A DNA stretch of 64,000 nt from Deltaproteobacteria bacterium TL4. Lineage in GTDB: Bacteria; SAR324; NAC60-12. Position numbers and translations under genes: made by a program. Under the pieces are notes generated by a model. The model was not told the origin of the DNA. It ran no database searches and saw only the letters and a program-made list of their open reading frames with translations. The DNA lies in contig JBBCAX010000010.1 in the NCBI GenBank assembly GCA_051382335.1, positions 11,955 through 75,954 on the forward strand, read 5' to 3'. Of the stretch, positions 33,953 through 42,873 are shown piece by piece (within the stretch, counting starts at the first letter, position 1; each line of letters starts with the position of its first letter).

Positions 33953-34852
33953 TTATTCAACAATGGCTTCCACAGGACCGGGGTCTGGAGGAGGGGTGTG
34001 TGTCTCAATTTCTTTTTGTAATTTTTCTAACTGATCTTTGGTGTGATTGATGCTGAATGAGCGGGAAACCTTACCTTCAATGTATTGCAACGCCTTCAAC
34101 TGGCCCCCCTTGTCTCTGCCTACCAGCGAATCGAGTTTTTGTTTTTCTTCATCAGCCGCACGAAAAAAATAATATTTCATACTCAAGGTATGTACGGCTC
34201 TCATGCGCTTTTTGAGCTTCGTTTGGTCCACCATGACATTATCCTTGAGAATTCGGATGATCTCTTCAATTTCATGATGAAGACCGATTTTTAATAAAAT
34301 CCGGGCTAACTGCTGAATCTCGGCAGCTTGGATTTTAGGCAGATAACATTGGGCCAGCTTCAATATTTTTTCACACTCTTGTGCCCTGGTGGAAAACAGT
34401 TTGCTCTCGTCGTGAAGCATCTCTCCTATCTGCTTTTGAAAGTGAAGTTCAACATTTTGATAGGGGAGTTTTTTAACCGCTTGAGGTGTCATTTCGTTGA
34501 GTTTAAGCCGTTCTCGAAAACATAGGTCTTTCAGGTGAGTAAATTTTGAAAAGATCCAGAAGGTGGCATCTTTGTTTACCAGACCTTCCATCCGAGGTTC
34601 GAAAAAAAACAGTAGGGGCGCCTTTCCCATGAAATAATGCCGAAGGGATTCCCATTCGTCAGGAACCAGATAAACTTCCAGCAAAGGTCTGCGTTGCCCC
34701 TTCACCGGGACGTAAAAACAATACAAATTGGGTTTGATGCGTATGCCTCTCCGTTGAACACACAAGTCAAGCAGTTCCCGCGTTGACTCAAGCATCGGAC
34801 GGAAAAACATTATCTCTTCATGAAGAGGGACGTTTGCTAATTCAGAAGTCAT
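33953..34852 (-). CDS. hypothetical protein (299 aa)
   Basis: long ORF, no recognisable motif; convergent with the lipoprotein pair with a 3-bp gap. Confidence 0.5.
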   Translation of the reverse strand: MTSELANVPLHEEIMFFRPMLESTRELLDLCVQRRGIRIKPNLYCFYVPVKGQRRPLLEVYLVPDEWESLRHYFMGKAPLLFFFEPRMEGLVNKDATFWIFSKFTHLKDLCFRERLKLNEMTPQAVKKLPYQNVELHFQKQIGEMLHDESKLFSTRAQECEKILKLAQCYLPKIQAAEIQQLARILLKIGLHHEIEEIIRILKDNVMVDQTKLKKRMRAVHTLSMKYYFFRAADEEKQKLDSLVGRDKGGQLKALQYIEGKVSRSFSINHTKDQLEKLQKEIETHTPPPDPGPVEAIVE

Positions 34853-34952
34853 GTTAACCTTAAGTTTTATAGCCTGTGCTGGTGTCCTTCAAAAATGTTT
34901 AAGGGAGCAAAAACCTAAACTTTCGTGGGCAATCACTATTTTGTTGTAGTTA

Positions 34953-35197
34953 GTCGCTGTCGCGAAATGTTGAATTTTTACTCTATGAAATCAGTAGTCA
35001 TTTTTTAATTAACCATTCAAAATTCGGCTACTCACTTAAGGCGGGACAACGTAGGTTGGGTAGAGCGTTAGCGAAACCCAACAACCTCTCGTAACTCCAA
35101 GGCTTGTTGGGTTTCGTTCCTCTACCCAACCTACCGACCTTGTCCCGCTTTATGTGGGTAGCCCAAAATTCAATATTCAACATTTCGCGACAGCGAC
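34953..35197. repeat. 245-bp nested palindromic element (candidate structured RNA, terminator or REP-like element)
   Basis: outer perfect 23-bp inverted repeat gtcgctgtcgcgaaatgttgaat (34953-34975 / 35175-35197) enclosing a roughly 138-nt near-perfect hairpin 35026-35163 (ggctac..gcgggacaa..gtaggttgggtagag..cgaaacccaacaa [19-nt loop] ttgttgggtttcg..ctctacccaacctac..ttgtcccgc..gtagcc). Confidence 0.6.
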
Positions 35198-35322
35198 CAG
35201 TTACCAGTGTCAACTGGAATGTGAAAGGGCCACATTTGCTTCAATAAATAACTTATTAAGAAGGCACTGTAAAGAGAATAGACTGATTTCTGATGTTTCT
35301 TATCTTTCAAAAATTTACCGAG

Positions 35323-36480
35323 CTATGCTAACTCTTTTAACGCTTTTATAATTTCTTGCTGGACCTCTGCGTTTGGCTCTTGTTCTAAACGCTTGAGCAA
35401 CAGTTGTTGTGCCTGCCTGGATCCTGTTTTTCCAAGCGCCCAGGCGGAATGTGTCCGAATCAGGTTTTCTGGATCGTTCAAACCATGCTTTAATGCGGGC
35501 AAGGCCTCAAGGCTTCCCCAATTTCCTAAAGCAACAGCGACATTTCTTAATAATCCACGTCGTTTTGCTCGTTTGATGGGACTTCCTTTGAATCGCTGGC
35601 TAAACGCTTCAGGTGTTAAAAACATTAAAGCTTTCAAATCAGGCATGACATTTCCGGATCGGGGCTGGAAGCCAGGTTCCATGCTTTTTTCTGCCACCCT
35701 GTTCCAAGGGCAAACTTCTTGACAGCGATCACAACCGAAAATGTGATTTCCCATGAGTGGGCGGAGCTCCAAAGGAATACTCTCCTTCAATTCGATAGTT
35801 AAGTAGGAAAGGCAGCGTCGTGAATCAAGAGTGTACGCTTCAACAATAGCTTGTGTCGGGCAAGCCTCAATACATCGGGTGCAGGTTCCACAACTTCCGG
35901 AAGGGGACAAAATTACAGGTTTTAGGGGGATCGATAACAGCATTTCCGCCAAAAAAAAATAGGAACCTTTTTTTCCATGAATTAAGTTTGAATTTTTTCC
36001 CCGCCACCCCAATCCTGCCAATTGTGCGTATTCGCGTTCCAGGAGGGGACCTGTATCGACATAGGTTCTGATTTGGACGGTGTCACTTTGTTGGGATGCG
36101 ATGTGGTTTTGGAGCGCTTGCAGTTTTGACCTGATGATTTCATGATAATCCTCTCCCCAGGCATAGTGACTCACTCTACCTTGGGAAGGTTCTTGCTTCA
36201 AAGAATCAGGCAGCAGGATTGTTTGATAGTTCATCCCTAATACGACCATTGAGCGCACTTCAGCAAGAAGCGTTCCGGGATCTTTTTTATGATCCAGGTG
36301 CTGCTGTAAGTATTGCATTTTTCCATGATATTCATTTTTTAACCATTGTTTATAAAAATCAATCGTTTGACTCGGACCAGCAGGGATGATACCCACCAAT
36401 TCAAATCCAAGTTCATGGGCCTTGATGACGATTTTTTCACTTAAAGCGTCAGAAAATCGGGGTTCCATAAAGCTAGCCAC
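35323..36480 (-). CDS. queG: epoxyqueuosine reductase
   Basis: 385 aa; two 4Fe-4S ferredoxin motifs (CGTCTRCIEACP, CDRCQEVCP), C-terminal HEAT-like repeats (LGNWGSLEALPALKHGLNDPENLIRTHSAWALG). Confidence 0.8.
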   Translation of the reverse strand: MASFMEPRFSDALSEKIVIKAHELGFELVGIIPAGPSQTIDFYKQWLKNEYHGKMQYLQQHLDHKKDPGTLLAEVRSMVVLGMNYQTILLPDSLKQEPSQGRVSHYAWGEDYHEIIRSKLQALQNHIASQQSDTVQIRTYVDTGPLLEREYAQLAGLGWRGKNSNLIHGKKGSYFFLAEMLLSIPLKPVILSPSGSCGTCTRCIEACPTQAIVEAYTLDSRRCLSYLTIELKESIPLELRPLMGNHIFGCDRCQEVCPWNRVAEKSMEPGFQPRSGNVMPDLKALMFLTPEAFSQRFKGSPIKRAKRRGLLRNVAVALGNWGSLEALPALKHGLNDPENLIRTHSAWALGKTGSRQAQQLLLKRLEQEPNAEVQQEIIKALKELA

Positions 36481-36716
36481 AAAGAATTAATGATAAGGCG
36501 ACTTGTGTTCGACTCAAATTTTTGGCATAAAACAACTGTAGTCATAACCTGAATAGGTGCGCTTGCTATAAGCGATGCCCTACTTTTGCTCCGTCGCACC
36601 CACAATCTGATAAAATGTAAGAACTTCAGCTCAAGAAGCAGTCTGTTCGTTCTGAAAGAATGACAGTTTTTTTTTTTTGAATGGAGTTGTTACTCTTACA
36701 ATATAGGAAAACAAAG

Positions 36717-37655
36717 ATGGCATTAAAAGTTCTCGTTGTTGATGATCATGTTGAGAGCCACGGATTATACCACGAATTTTTAATTCGCAAAGGTCATAAA
36801 ATGCAAATCATTCAGTCTGGTGCTATGATCCAGGCGGCACTTGACGAAGCAGAGATCGAAGAGGCTCCTCTTCAACTTATTATTTTACGTGATAGTTCTG
36901 TAATTCATGGGTATCCTCTGATCGAAAAACTAAGGAACGTTCAACCCATTCTTCCCGTTCTTTGGTTTACGAATGTCTCGGAAGCAAAAACCGTACTTCA
37001 TATGATCAAGGAAAATGTAACCGTTGTGTTGGATCCCTTTGGTCGCGAATCGCTAAAAACACATCTCGACAAATTAAACATTCAGATTGAAGCGAAGCTT
37101 TCTGATGAAGAATTGCAACTCTCACGGGAGTGCATTCCTCCTTACTTGACAGAAACCAACCTTTATTTTTCGTTGGATAATAACGCCAACAATATCTCTC
37201 TGGTTATAAAATATATCTTAGGGGCCCTGGATTTTCATCGGTTGTCCCAAGACGATAGTTTTCGTGTTAAATTAGGGTTGTCCGAAACGCTGATTAACGC
37301 GATGGCTCATGGAAACCTTGAAATGAGCAGTGAAGAATTGAAGGGAAAGCTTCAAAATTTTAAGCAATGGAATAAAGAATTGCTCCTTCGCACCGCACAA
37401 CCCAAGTACCGCAATCGGAAGGTTTCTGTGGAAATCAACTATTTTCCCGCGAAAGAAGTTATCGTCTCTGTTGAGGACGAAGGGCAAGGCTTTAATTACA
37501 AAAAAGTGCTTCATTCGAGCGAACAAAATGTGGCGTCGTTTGCTTTGTATGGCAGAGGTTTATCTATGGTACAAGCCACCTCCGATTCCATGGCGTTTAA
37601 CGAAAAGGGGAACAAAGTTACGTTGCGGTATAAAGTGGGCTCCTCCAATGAGTGA
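36717..37655 (+). CDS. receiver-domain protein fused to anti-sigma-factor-type (RsbW/SpoIIAB-like) GHKL serine kinase
   Basis: N-terminal REC-like domain (VLVVDDHVES..LIILRD); C-terminal GHKL boxes ETLINAMAHGN, DEGQGF, YGRGLSMV. Start at MALKVLVV with RBS aggaaaacaaagATG. Confidence 0.6.
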   Translation: MALKVLVVDDHVESHGLYHEFLIRKGHKMQIIQSGAMIQAALDEAEIEEAPLQLIILRDSSVIHGYPLIEKLRNVQPILPVLWFTNVSEAKTVLHMIKENVTVVLDPFGRESLKTHLDKLNIQIEAKLSDEELQLSRECIPPYLTETNLYFSLDNNANNISLVIKYILGALDFHRLSQDDSFRVKLGLSETLINAMAHGNLEMSSEELKGKLQNFKQWNKELLLRTAQPKYRNRKVSVEINYFPAKEVIVSVEDEGQGFNYKKVLHSSEQNVASFALYGRGLSMVQATSDSMAFNEKGNKVTLRYKVGSSNE

Positions 37656-39045
37656 AAGGTCAGTTCCAATGCCGAAATTATCATGGGATCTGAGATTCAC
37701 ACTAAGCAGTAAAGACTTGTTTTTCGTAGGGATACTCTGGGTAATGATTCCGTTTCAAGGAGGTGCTGCCCAAACTGCGCCTCTCCCTTATCATTTAATC
37801 AGTCCCCAGTTTCAACTATCTCCTTATTATCCTGAGCCTTTAGTTGAAAATGCCTCTCGTGTGAGTACGACAACCACCAAAACTTCCCAATATATCATTG
37901 CCTTGACCCATAAAACGACAACCCGTCTTTCTGAAAAATACAATATTCAATTTGCCAACCCTAAAATGGAACGATTGCATACTCTTTTTACCACATTGGA
38001 TACCATCAGTCAGATTCATTATCAGCGGGGCGTCCTTTATCTCGAGGGAGAAAACCGGATAGAAGAACTGAGTTTGAATATTGTCAATGGTCGATGGTGG
38101 AAAGAATACTTGGCACTCTTCACGGAAAATCCAAACTTGCCCTACTCCGAAAACAGAGTTTTAAGGATCTTGCTGGCGTTACATACCAGTTCACATTTCT
38201 ATCAACTTCCATACCCCACTTTTTTTTGTTTATTGTTTCAAGAATCTAAATTAAATTTTATTGTTTCCAGCCAGACAGGCGCCTTGGGAATTGGACAACT
38301 CACTGAAATTGCAGTCAAACAAATTGAAGTCTTGAGAAAAAATATTGGCATGGAAAGACTTCTTCAAGCCACAACGATTCATTTGAGAAATATCTATCGA
38401 GACCCAATATTAAGAGAAATTTTTGAAGCACAGGGATTTTCTCCCCGTTTTCCAAAGTTAGGAAAATTTCCTGCAACAATGACGAAACCCAACTTGGTTG
38501 ACGCGGGGTTGATGCACGAAGTTTCCAGACAACTCCTCCTGGAAGGATATTCCTACGGAAGAAAAACGAAGCTGATAAGACAGTTGATTGACAGGATTAA
38601 TCGAGGAGGATTACTTAATAACGAATATGCCGCTGTCCAGAGAATTTATACTGAGGAACTGGCACAACGTTATAACCAGGAATTTGGAAATGTTCTCAAT
38701 ATTGAAACGAATATCATTCTCTCCGCGATGTTATTTCAATATTACATGGATTACGAATGGAGGGTTAAGAATAAAGTGATTGAACTTCATCCGGATCTTC
38801 GAACTATTGCGGCTATTGCCGCCTACAATCAAGGTCAGACGGTGGTTCTTCGACTTTTGGGAAAACTAATGCGTGAGTTTCCTCAGATGGATTTAAGCAA
38901 AGCGTCTTTAAAAACGATTGGCCCACTACTCACCACCAAGCGCATTCATCTCGCCATGGGAGGCGGTCCTTTTGCCAGAGTTCAGGAACTCCATCAGCAT
39001 ATTTGGAAAATTAACCGTTGCTCCCACAATACCTCAACACTTTAA
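37648..39045 (+). CDS. lytic transglycosylase (SLT) domain protein, secreted
   Basis: SLT catalytic signature LFQESKLNFIVSSQTGALGIGQLTEIA and AAYNQG motif; N-terminal hydrophobic signal. The start codon overlaps the stop of the previous gene (ATGAGTGA), so the ORF-track start at 37471 is trimmed. Confidence 0.6.
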   Translation: MSERSVPMPKLSWDLRFTLSSKDLFFVGILWVMIPFQGGAAQTAPLPYHLISPQFQLSPYYPEPLVENASRVSTTTTKTSQYIIALTHKTTTRLSEKYNIQFANPKMERLHTLFTTLDTISQIHYQRGVLYLEGENRIEELSLNIVNGRWWKEYLALFTENPNLPYSENRVLRILLALHTSSHFYQLPYPTFFCLLFQESKLNFIVSSQTGALGIGQLTEIAVKQIEVLRKNIGMERLLQATTIHLRNIYRDPILREIFEAQGFSPRFPKLGKFPATMTKPNLVDAGLMHEVSRQLLLEGYSYGRKTKLIRQLIDRINRGGLLNNEYAAVQRIYTEELAQRYNQEFGNVLNIETNIILSAMLFQYYMDYEWRVKNKVIELHPDLRTIAAIAAYNQGQTVVLRLLGKLMREFPQMDLSKASLKTIGPLLTTKRIHLAMGGGPFARVQELHQHIWKINRCSHNTSTL

Positions 39046-39061
39046 TTCAATCCGGATTTGG

Positions 39062-39093
39062 AAGTGAGAAGTGAGAAGTGAGAAATCTCACCT
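39062..39093. repeat. (AGTGAGA)x3 tandem heptamer followed by a short hairpin between convergent genes
   Basis: gaagtgagaagtgagaagtgagaaatctcac; the last unit forms the stem gtgaga/tctcac; lies between the convergent lytic transglycosylase and SOD stops. Confidence 0.35.
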
Positions 39094-39115
39094 CTCAAAA
39101 CTCACCATTCAAACG

Positions 39116-39733
39116 CTACTTTGCAGCAGCATAACGTTTAGAAACTTCACCCCAGTTGACAAGGTTCCACCAGGATTTGATCCAATCAGGTCGTACATTT
39201 TTGAACTTCAAATAATACGCATGTTCCCAAACATCAATCGTGAGTAAGGGTTTCTGTCCCAAGCTTAAAGGGCAAACTTGATCATGAGTGTCTGTTATTT
39301 CCAATTCATTTTCTCTATTCACTACAAGCCACGCCCAGCCAGAACCAAAATGGCCACCAGCTTTGGCGGTAAACAATTCTTTGAATTTATCCAAAGACCC
39401 AAACTTTTTGTCTATGGCACTGGCTAACGCTCCACTGGGTCCTCGGACCTCTCCTTTGGGATTAGGCGCCATGGATTCCCAAAAAAACTGATGATTCCAG
39501 TAGCCGCCACCATGATTTCTGATGGCGCCGCGATGTGCTTCCGCAATGGTGTCCAGGTTGGCTAACAGGTCTTCAACACTTCTCCCCTCAATACCAGCCG
39601 CGGCTACAGCGTCATTTAATTTGCTGGTATAAGTCTGATGGTGCTTTGAATGATGAATCTCAACGGTTGCTTGGTCATAATGAGGTTCAAGCGCGTCATT
39701 AGCATAAGGCAGTTTTGGCAATGTGAATGGCAT
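39116..39733 (-). CDS. superoxide dismutase (Fe/Mn family)
   Basis: metal ligands and family motifs HHSKHHQTY and DVWEHAYYL; about 205 aa from MPFTLPKL. Confidence 0.9.
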   Translation of the reverse strand: MPFTLPKLPYANDALEPHYDQATVEIHHSKHHQTYTSKLNDAVAAAGIEGRSVEDLLANLDTIAEAHRGAIRNHGGGYWNHQFFWESMAPNPKGEVRGPSGALASAIDKKFGSLDKFKELFTAKAGGHFGSGWAWLVVNRENELEITDTHDQVCPLSLGQKPLLTIDVWEHAYYLKFKNVRPDWIKSWWNLVNWGEVSKRYAAAK

Positions 39734-39999
39734 GGTTCCTCCTTTTATTTTAATGAAAACTTCAATTATCAAATAATTTCATTACTCGTCGCAATGAAAT
39801 ACTGTCTCAAATTAGAAACAGAATCATTCAATGTATTGTCTAATTAGTACTATTTTAGTGCTGATTAGATAAAAGACAAGGATATTTTTAAAAAACTAAA
39901 TATTTTAAACCCGATTAACATTGTAACTTCGTATTTCATTAACATAATAGCGATTATTTACCAGTTCGTAGTCAATGTTCCCCTAAAGAGTTGTGTTTA

Positions 40000-42873
40000 A
40001 TGCTGCCACTCATTTATGTCCTTTTTACCCTATCAGGCTTTATAGGATTGATCTATGAGGCAACCTGGTCCCGATATTTGAAATTGTTTTTAGGGCATTC
40101 CTCTTATGGACAGATACTGACCTTGTGTATTTTCATGGGCGGTTTAGGGCTTGGAGCTTTTATCGCGGGTAGGTATGCCAAACGTGTCAAAAATGCGCTG
40201 TATCTATATGCGGTACTGGAATTGCTGATAGGTGTTGGTGGTTTCTTGTATCATACACTGTATCTCGCCGTAACCGAATATTTTTACTATTTTGCGTCAA
40301 CCTATCTCCCCTCAGCGTTGTTGGCGAATACGGTAAAAATTCTCCTTTCCATCCTGATTACAGGGCCTTTTGCCATTATTTTAGGGATGACCTTTCCCGC
40401 AATAGCCATAGGCGTGATACGCTTGGCACGAGATGGCGGGAAAGCGACCTTGTCTCGGCTTTATTTTACCAACTCTTTCGGCGCAACCCTTGGTATTTTG
40501 GTCACTTCCTACTTTTTAATTCCTAATCTTGGTACTTCTGGAAGTTTAATCGTAGCCGCTTATGGTAATATCCTGCTTGCCATTGGATTTTATGGCATTG
40601 CCAAAAGGTTAAACACCTCCTTGAGCGAGCAGGTTTTTGTAGAACCTTCTTTTGCGGCGACTCCAATCTCCTTGAGTCCCAAACCGCTGTTATGGTTATG
40701 GCTTGTAACCAGTTTTCTTACAGGATTTTCCTCTTTCCTTTACGAAATTGGATGGATTCGTTTGCTCAGTATGATGCTTGGCAGTTCCACGCATTCATTT
40801 GACATTATGGTCTCTGCATTTATTTTTGGAATTGCGGGAGGTGCTTTTTTTGTGAAGCGTTTGTTGACGCGCGCGACAAATACCGCGTTTCTACTTGGAA
40901 TCGTACAAGTTTGTATGGGGCTTTGCGCAATCATCAGTATTTACCTTTACGCCCCCTTTTTCAAGATAGTCAATGAATCCAACCTCATTTTTATGCGAAC
41001 CTTGTCCGGATATCACGCTCATTCTGTTTTCAACTATTTTCTGTGTTTGCTTTTAATGTTTCCCACCAGTTTTTTTGCGGGTATGACGCTTCCTATTATT
41101 ACTTTTGTACTGACGAATCTTACCCGAAATGAACAATATACTGGAACCGTTTATGGCTGGAATACGGTGGGTGCTGTCACAGGGGCGGTATTGGGAGGCT
41201 TGGTTATTTTACCTGTGTTTCAATTGAAAGAAACCATTGCTTTGGGAGGTTTCATCGATATATTGCTGGGTCTTGCTATTTTGGCCGTATATCATTTTTC
41301 AAAAATCCGTTTTTGGTCTCTTGTGGTTGTCGTCTCGGTAATTTCACTTCCCGTCTTGGCACTGAAATTTGACGCACTCCTTCTCTCTTCAGGGCCTTTC
41401 AGAAAATATGCTCCGCTTTCCAAAGAGCTGAAGGTGCACATGAGAGATGGCAAAACAGCAACCATTGCTTTTGCGCAGCAGGGAGATACCCTTGCCATCA
41501 TCACCAATGGAAAGCCTGATGCGAGCATCAGTATCAGTCCCAATAAACAAAATACGGATGAGTATACTCAAGCGGCCGTCGCTTTTTATTCGATGTTCGC
41601 ACTGGGAAATCGTCCCTTTAACGCCGCGATGATAGGAATTGGGAGTGGTATGACCGCTCACTACTTACTGGGACATCCTGCTTTGCAACACCTGGATCTG
41701 ATTGAGATTGAGCCAGAGGTCTATCATATGGCAAAAGGCTTGCTTCCACACAACCGGAGAGTCTATGAAAGCCCCAAGGTGAGTGTTGTTTATGAAGATG
41801 CCAGAACTTATTTTTATACGACTCCGTCACGCTATGATTTGATTATTTCTGTCCCTTCAAATCCTTGGGTCAGCGGAATATCCAGTTTGTTTACAGAAGA
41901 GTTTTATCGGCATATTCAAAATTCCTTAACGGACAAAGGCCTTTTAGCTCAATGGATTCACATCTATGAATTCAATACCCCTTTACTGTTATCTATCATT
42001 AAAGCGATTGATCATCATTTCCCTGTTGTGAAACTCTACCATGTACCTCAAACACCTGATATTGTGATTCTTGCAAGTCAAACTGATGTTCAGATGACAG
42101 AACTTCCAGGTGTGATGGAAATTCCGGGGTTACAACAGGATTTTAATCGGTTGGGGAGGACTCCCCGGTATTTTGGACCTCACAATTATATTGTTTCCAC
42201 TCAATCTTTAAAATATCTACTCAAGGATGTGAATTCGAATTCTGATTATTTTCCTTTAGTTGATAATAATGCCGAACTCGCTTTTTTTCTTAAAAGTCAG
42301 GTGGATTTATTTGAACCCTTTGTGAACTCGCTTTTTTACTATCAAGAAGTGTTGGAGCCTCGCTCTTTTCCCTCTCAGTCGATTAGGGAACCTCAAGCAG
42401 GACTCCGAATAGATTCAGACAGAATAGAGTATTTACGTTATCTTCTGAACCATGCTTCACCGCAAAGTTCCTGGAATGAAATAGATCATCAGCTTCATGA
42501 GACCCTTCCTTACCATCAACTTCGAACGGTTTGGACCCAGTTAGACATTATTTCATCCTATCGGGATGCCGTACAAAAAGGGTGGCCTCCGCTCAAAAAC
42601 CAATTAAAATTTCTATTTTTAGATCATGCGATTCAGCAAGACATGAAGGCTTTACCTTCTTTGATCAGTCAAATGCTGAACACCTTTAGTTTTCAAGAAC
42701 TTGATCCTCAAATCATCAGGGCTATTGCGGTTCAGTGTCTTCAACTGAACGACCCTTTACTTTTGAATCAAGTCCTGGCGCGGTTTGTCTTTCCTCACCC
42801 CCAAATCTCTGATCTTGAGAAAAAATTGCTCCAGGCGATTCGAATTTCAAAGGCTCAAGAAGGTGCGCCGTGA
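40000..42873 (+). CDS. polytopic membrane protein with C-terminal spermidine-synthase-like domain (catalytic Asp residues replaced)
   Basis: about 957 aa; N-terminal half has about 12 or more TM helices; C-terminal half has the SpeE fold (IGIGSGMTA.., LIEIEP, YDLIISVPSNPWVSGISSLFTEEFY aligning to DVIITDSSDPMGPAESLF with Asp->Val/Asn). Confidence 0.7.
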   Translation: MLPLIYVLFTLSGFIGLIYEATWSRYLKLFLGHSSYGQILTLCIFMGGLGLGAFIAGRYAKRVKNALYLYAVLELLIGVGGFLYHTLYLAVTEYFYYFASTYLPSALLANTVKILLSILITGPFAIILGMTFPAIAIGVIRLARDGGKATLSRLYFTNSFGATLGILVTSYFLIPNLGTSGSLIVAAYGNILLAIGFYGIAKRLNTSLSEQVFVEPSFAATPISLSPKPLLWLWLVTSFLTGFSSFLYEIGWIRLLSMMLGSSTHSFDIMVSAFIFGIAGGAFFVKRLLTRATNTAFLLGIVQVCMGLCAIISIYLYAPFFKIVNESNLIFMRTLSGYHAHSVFNYFLCLLLMFPTSFFAGMTLPIITFVLTNLTRNEQYTGTVYGWNTVGAVTGAVLGGLVILPVFQLKETIALGGFIDILLGLAILAVYHFSKIRFWSLVVVVSVISLPVLALKFDALLLSSGPFRKYAPLSKELKVHMRDGKTATIAFAQQGDTLAIITNGKPDASISISPNKQNTDEYTQAAVAFYSMFALGNRPFNAAMIGIGSGMTAHYLLGHPALQHLDLIEIEPEVYHMAKGLLPHNRRVYESPKVSVVYEDARTYFYTTPSRYDLIISVPSNPWVSGISSLFTEEFYRHIQNSLTDKGLLAQWIHIYEFNTPLLLSIIKAIDHHFPVVKLYHVPQTPDIVILASQTDVQMTELPGVMEIPGLQQDFNRLGRTPRYFGPHNYIVSTQSLKYLLKDVNSNSDYFPLVDNNAELAFFLKSQVDLFEPFVNSLFYYQEVLEPRSFPSQSIREPQAGLRIDSDRIEYLRYLLNHASPQSSWNEIDHQLHETLPYHQLRTVWTQLDIISSYRDAVQKGWPPLKNQLKFLFLDHAIQQDMKALPSLISQMLNTFSFQELDPQIIRAIAVQCLQLNDPLLLNQVLARFVFPHPQISDLEKKLLQAIRISKAQEGAP

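Noticed and set aside
35028-35213. 61-aa minus-strand ORF inside the nested palindrome
   Set aside because: Its reading frame is generated by the symmetric repeat itself, and the Arg/Gly-rich translation is typical of GC-rich palindromes, so it is not called as a gene.
37471-37647. Upstream extension of the SLT-domain ORF as given by the ORF track
   Set aside because: The extension overlaps the preceding gene for 180 bp in another frame. The sensible start is the ATG overlapping the upstream stop (ATGAGTGA) at 37648, which is followed by a signal-peptide-like segment.
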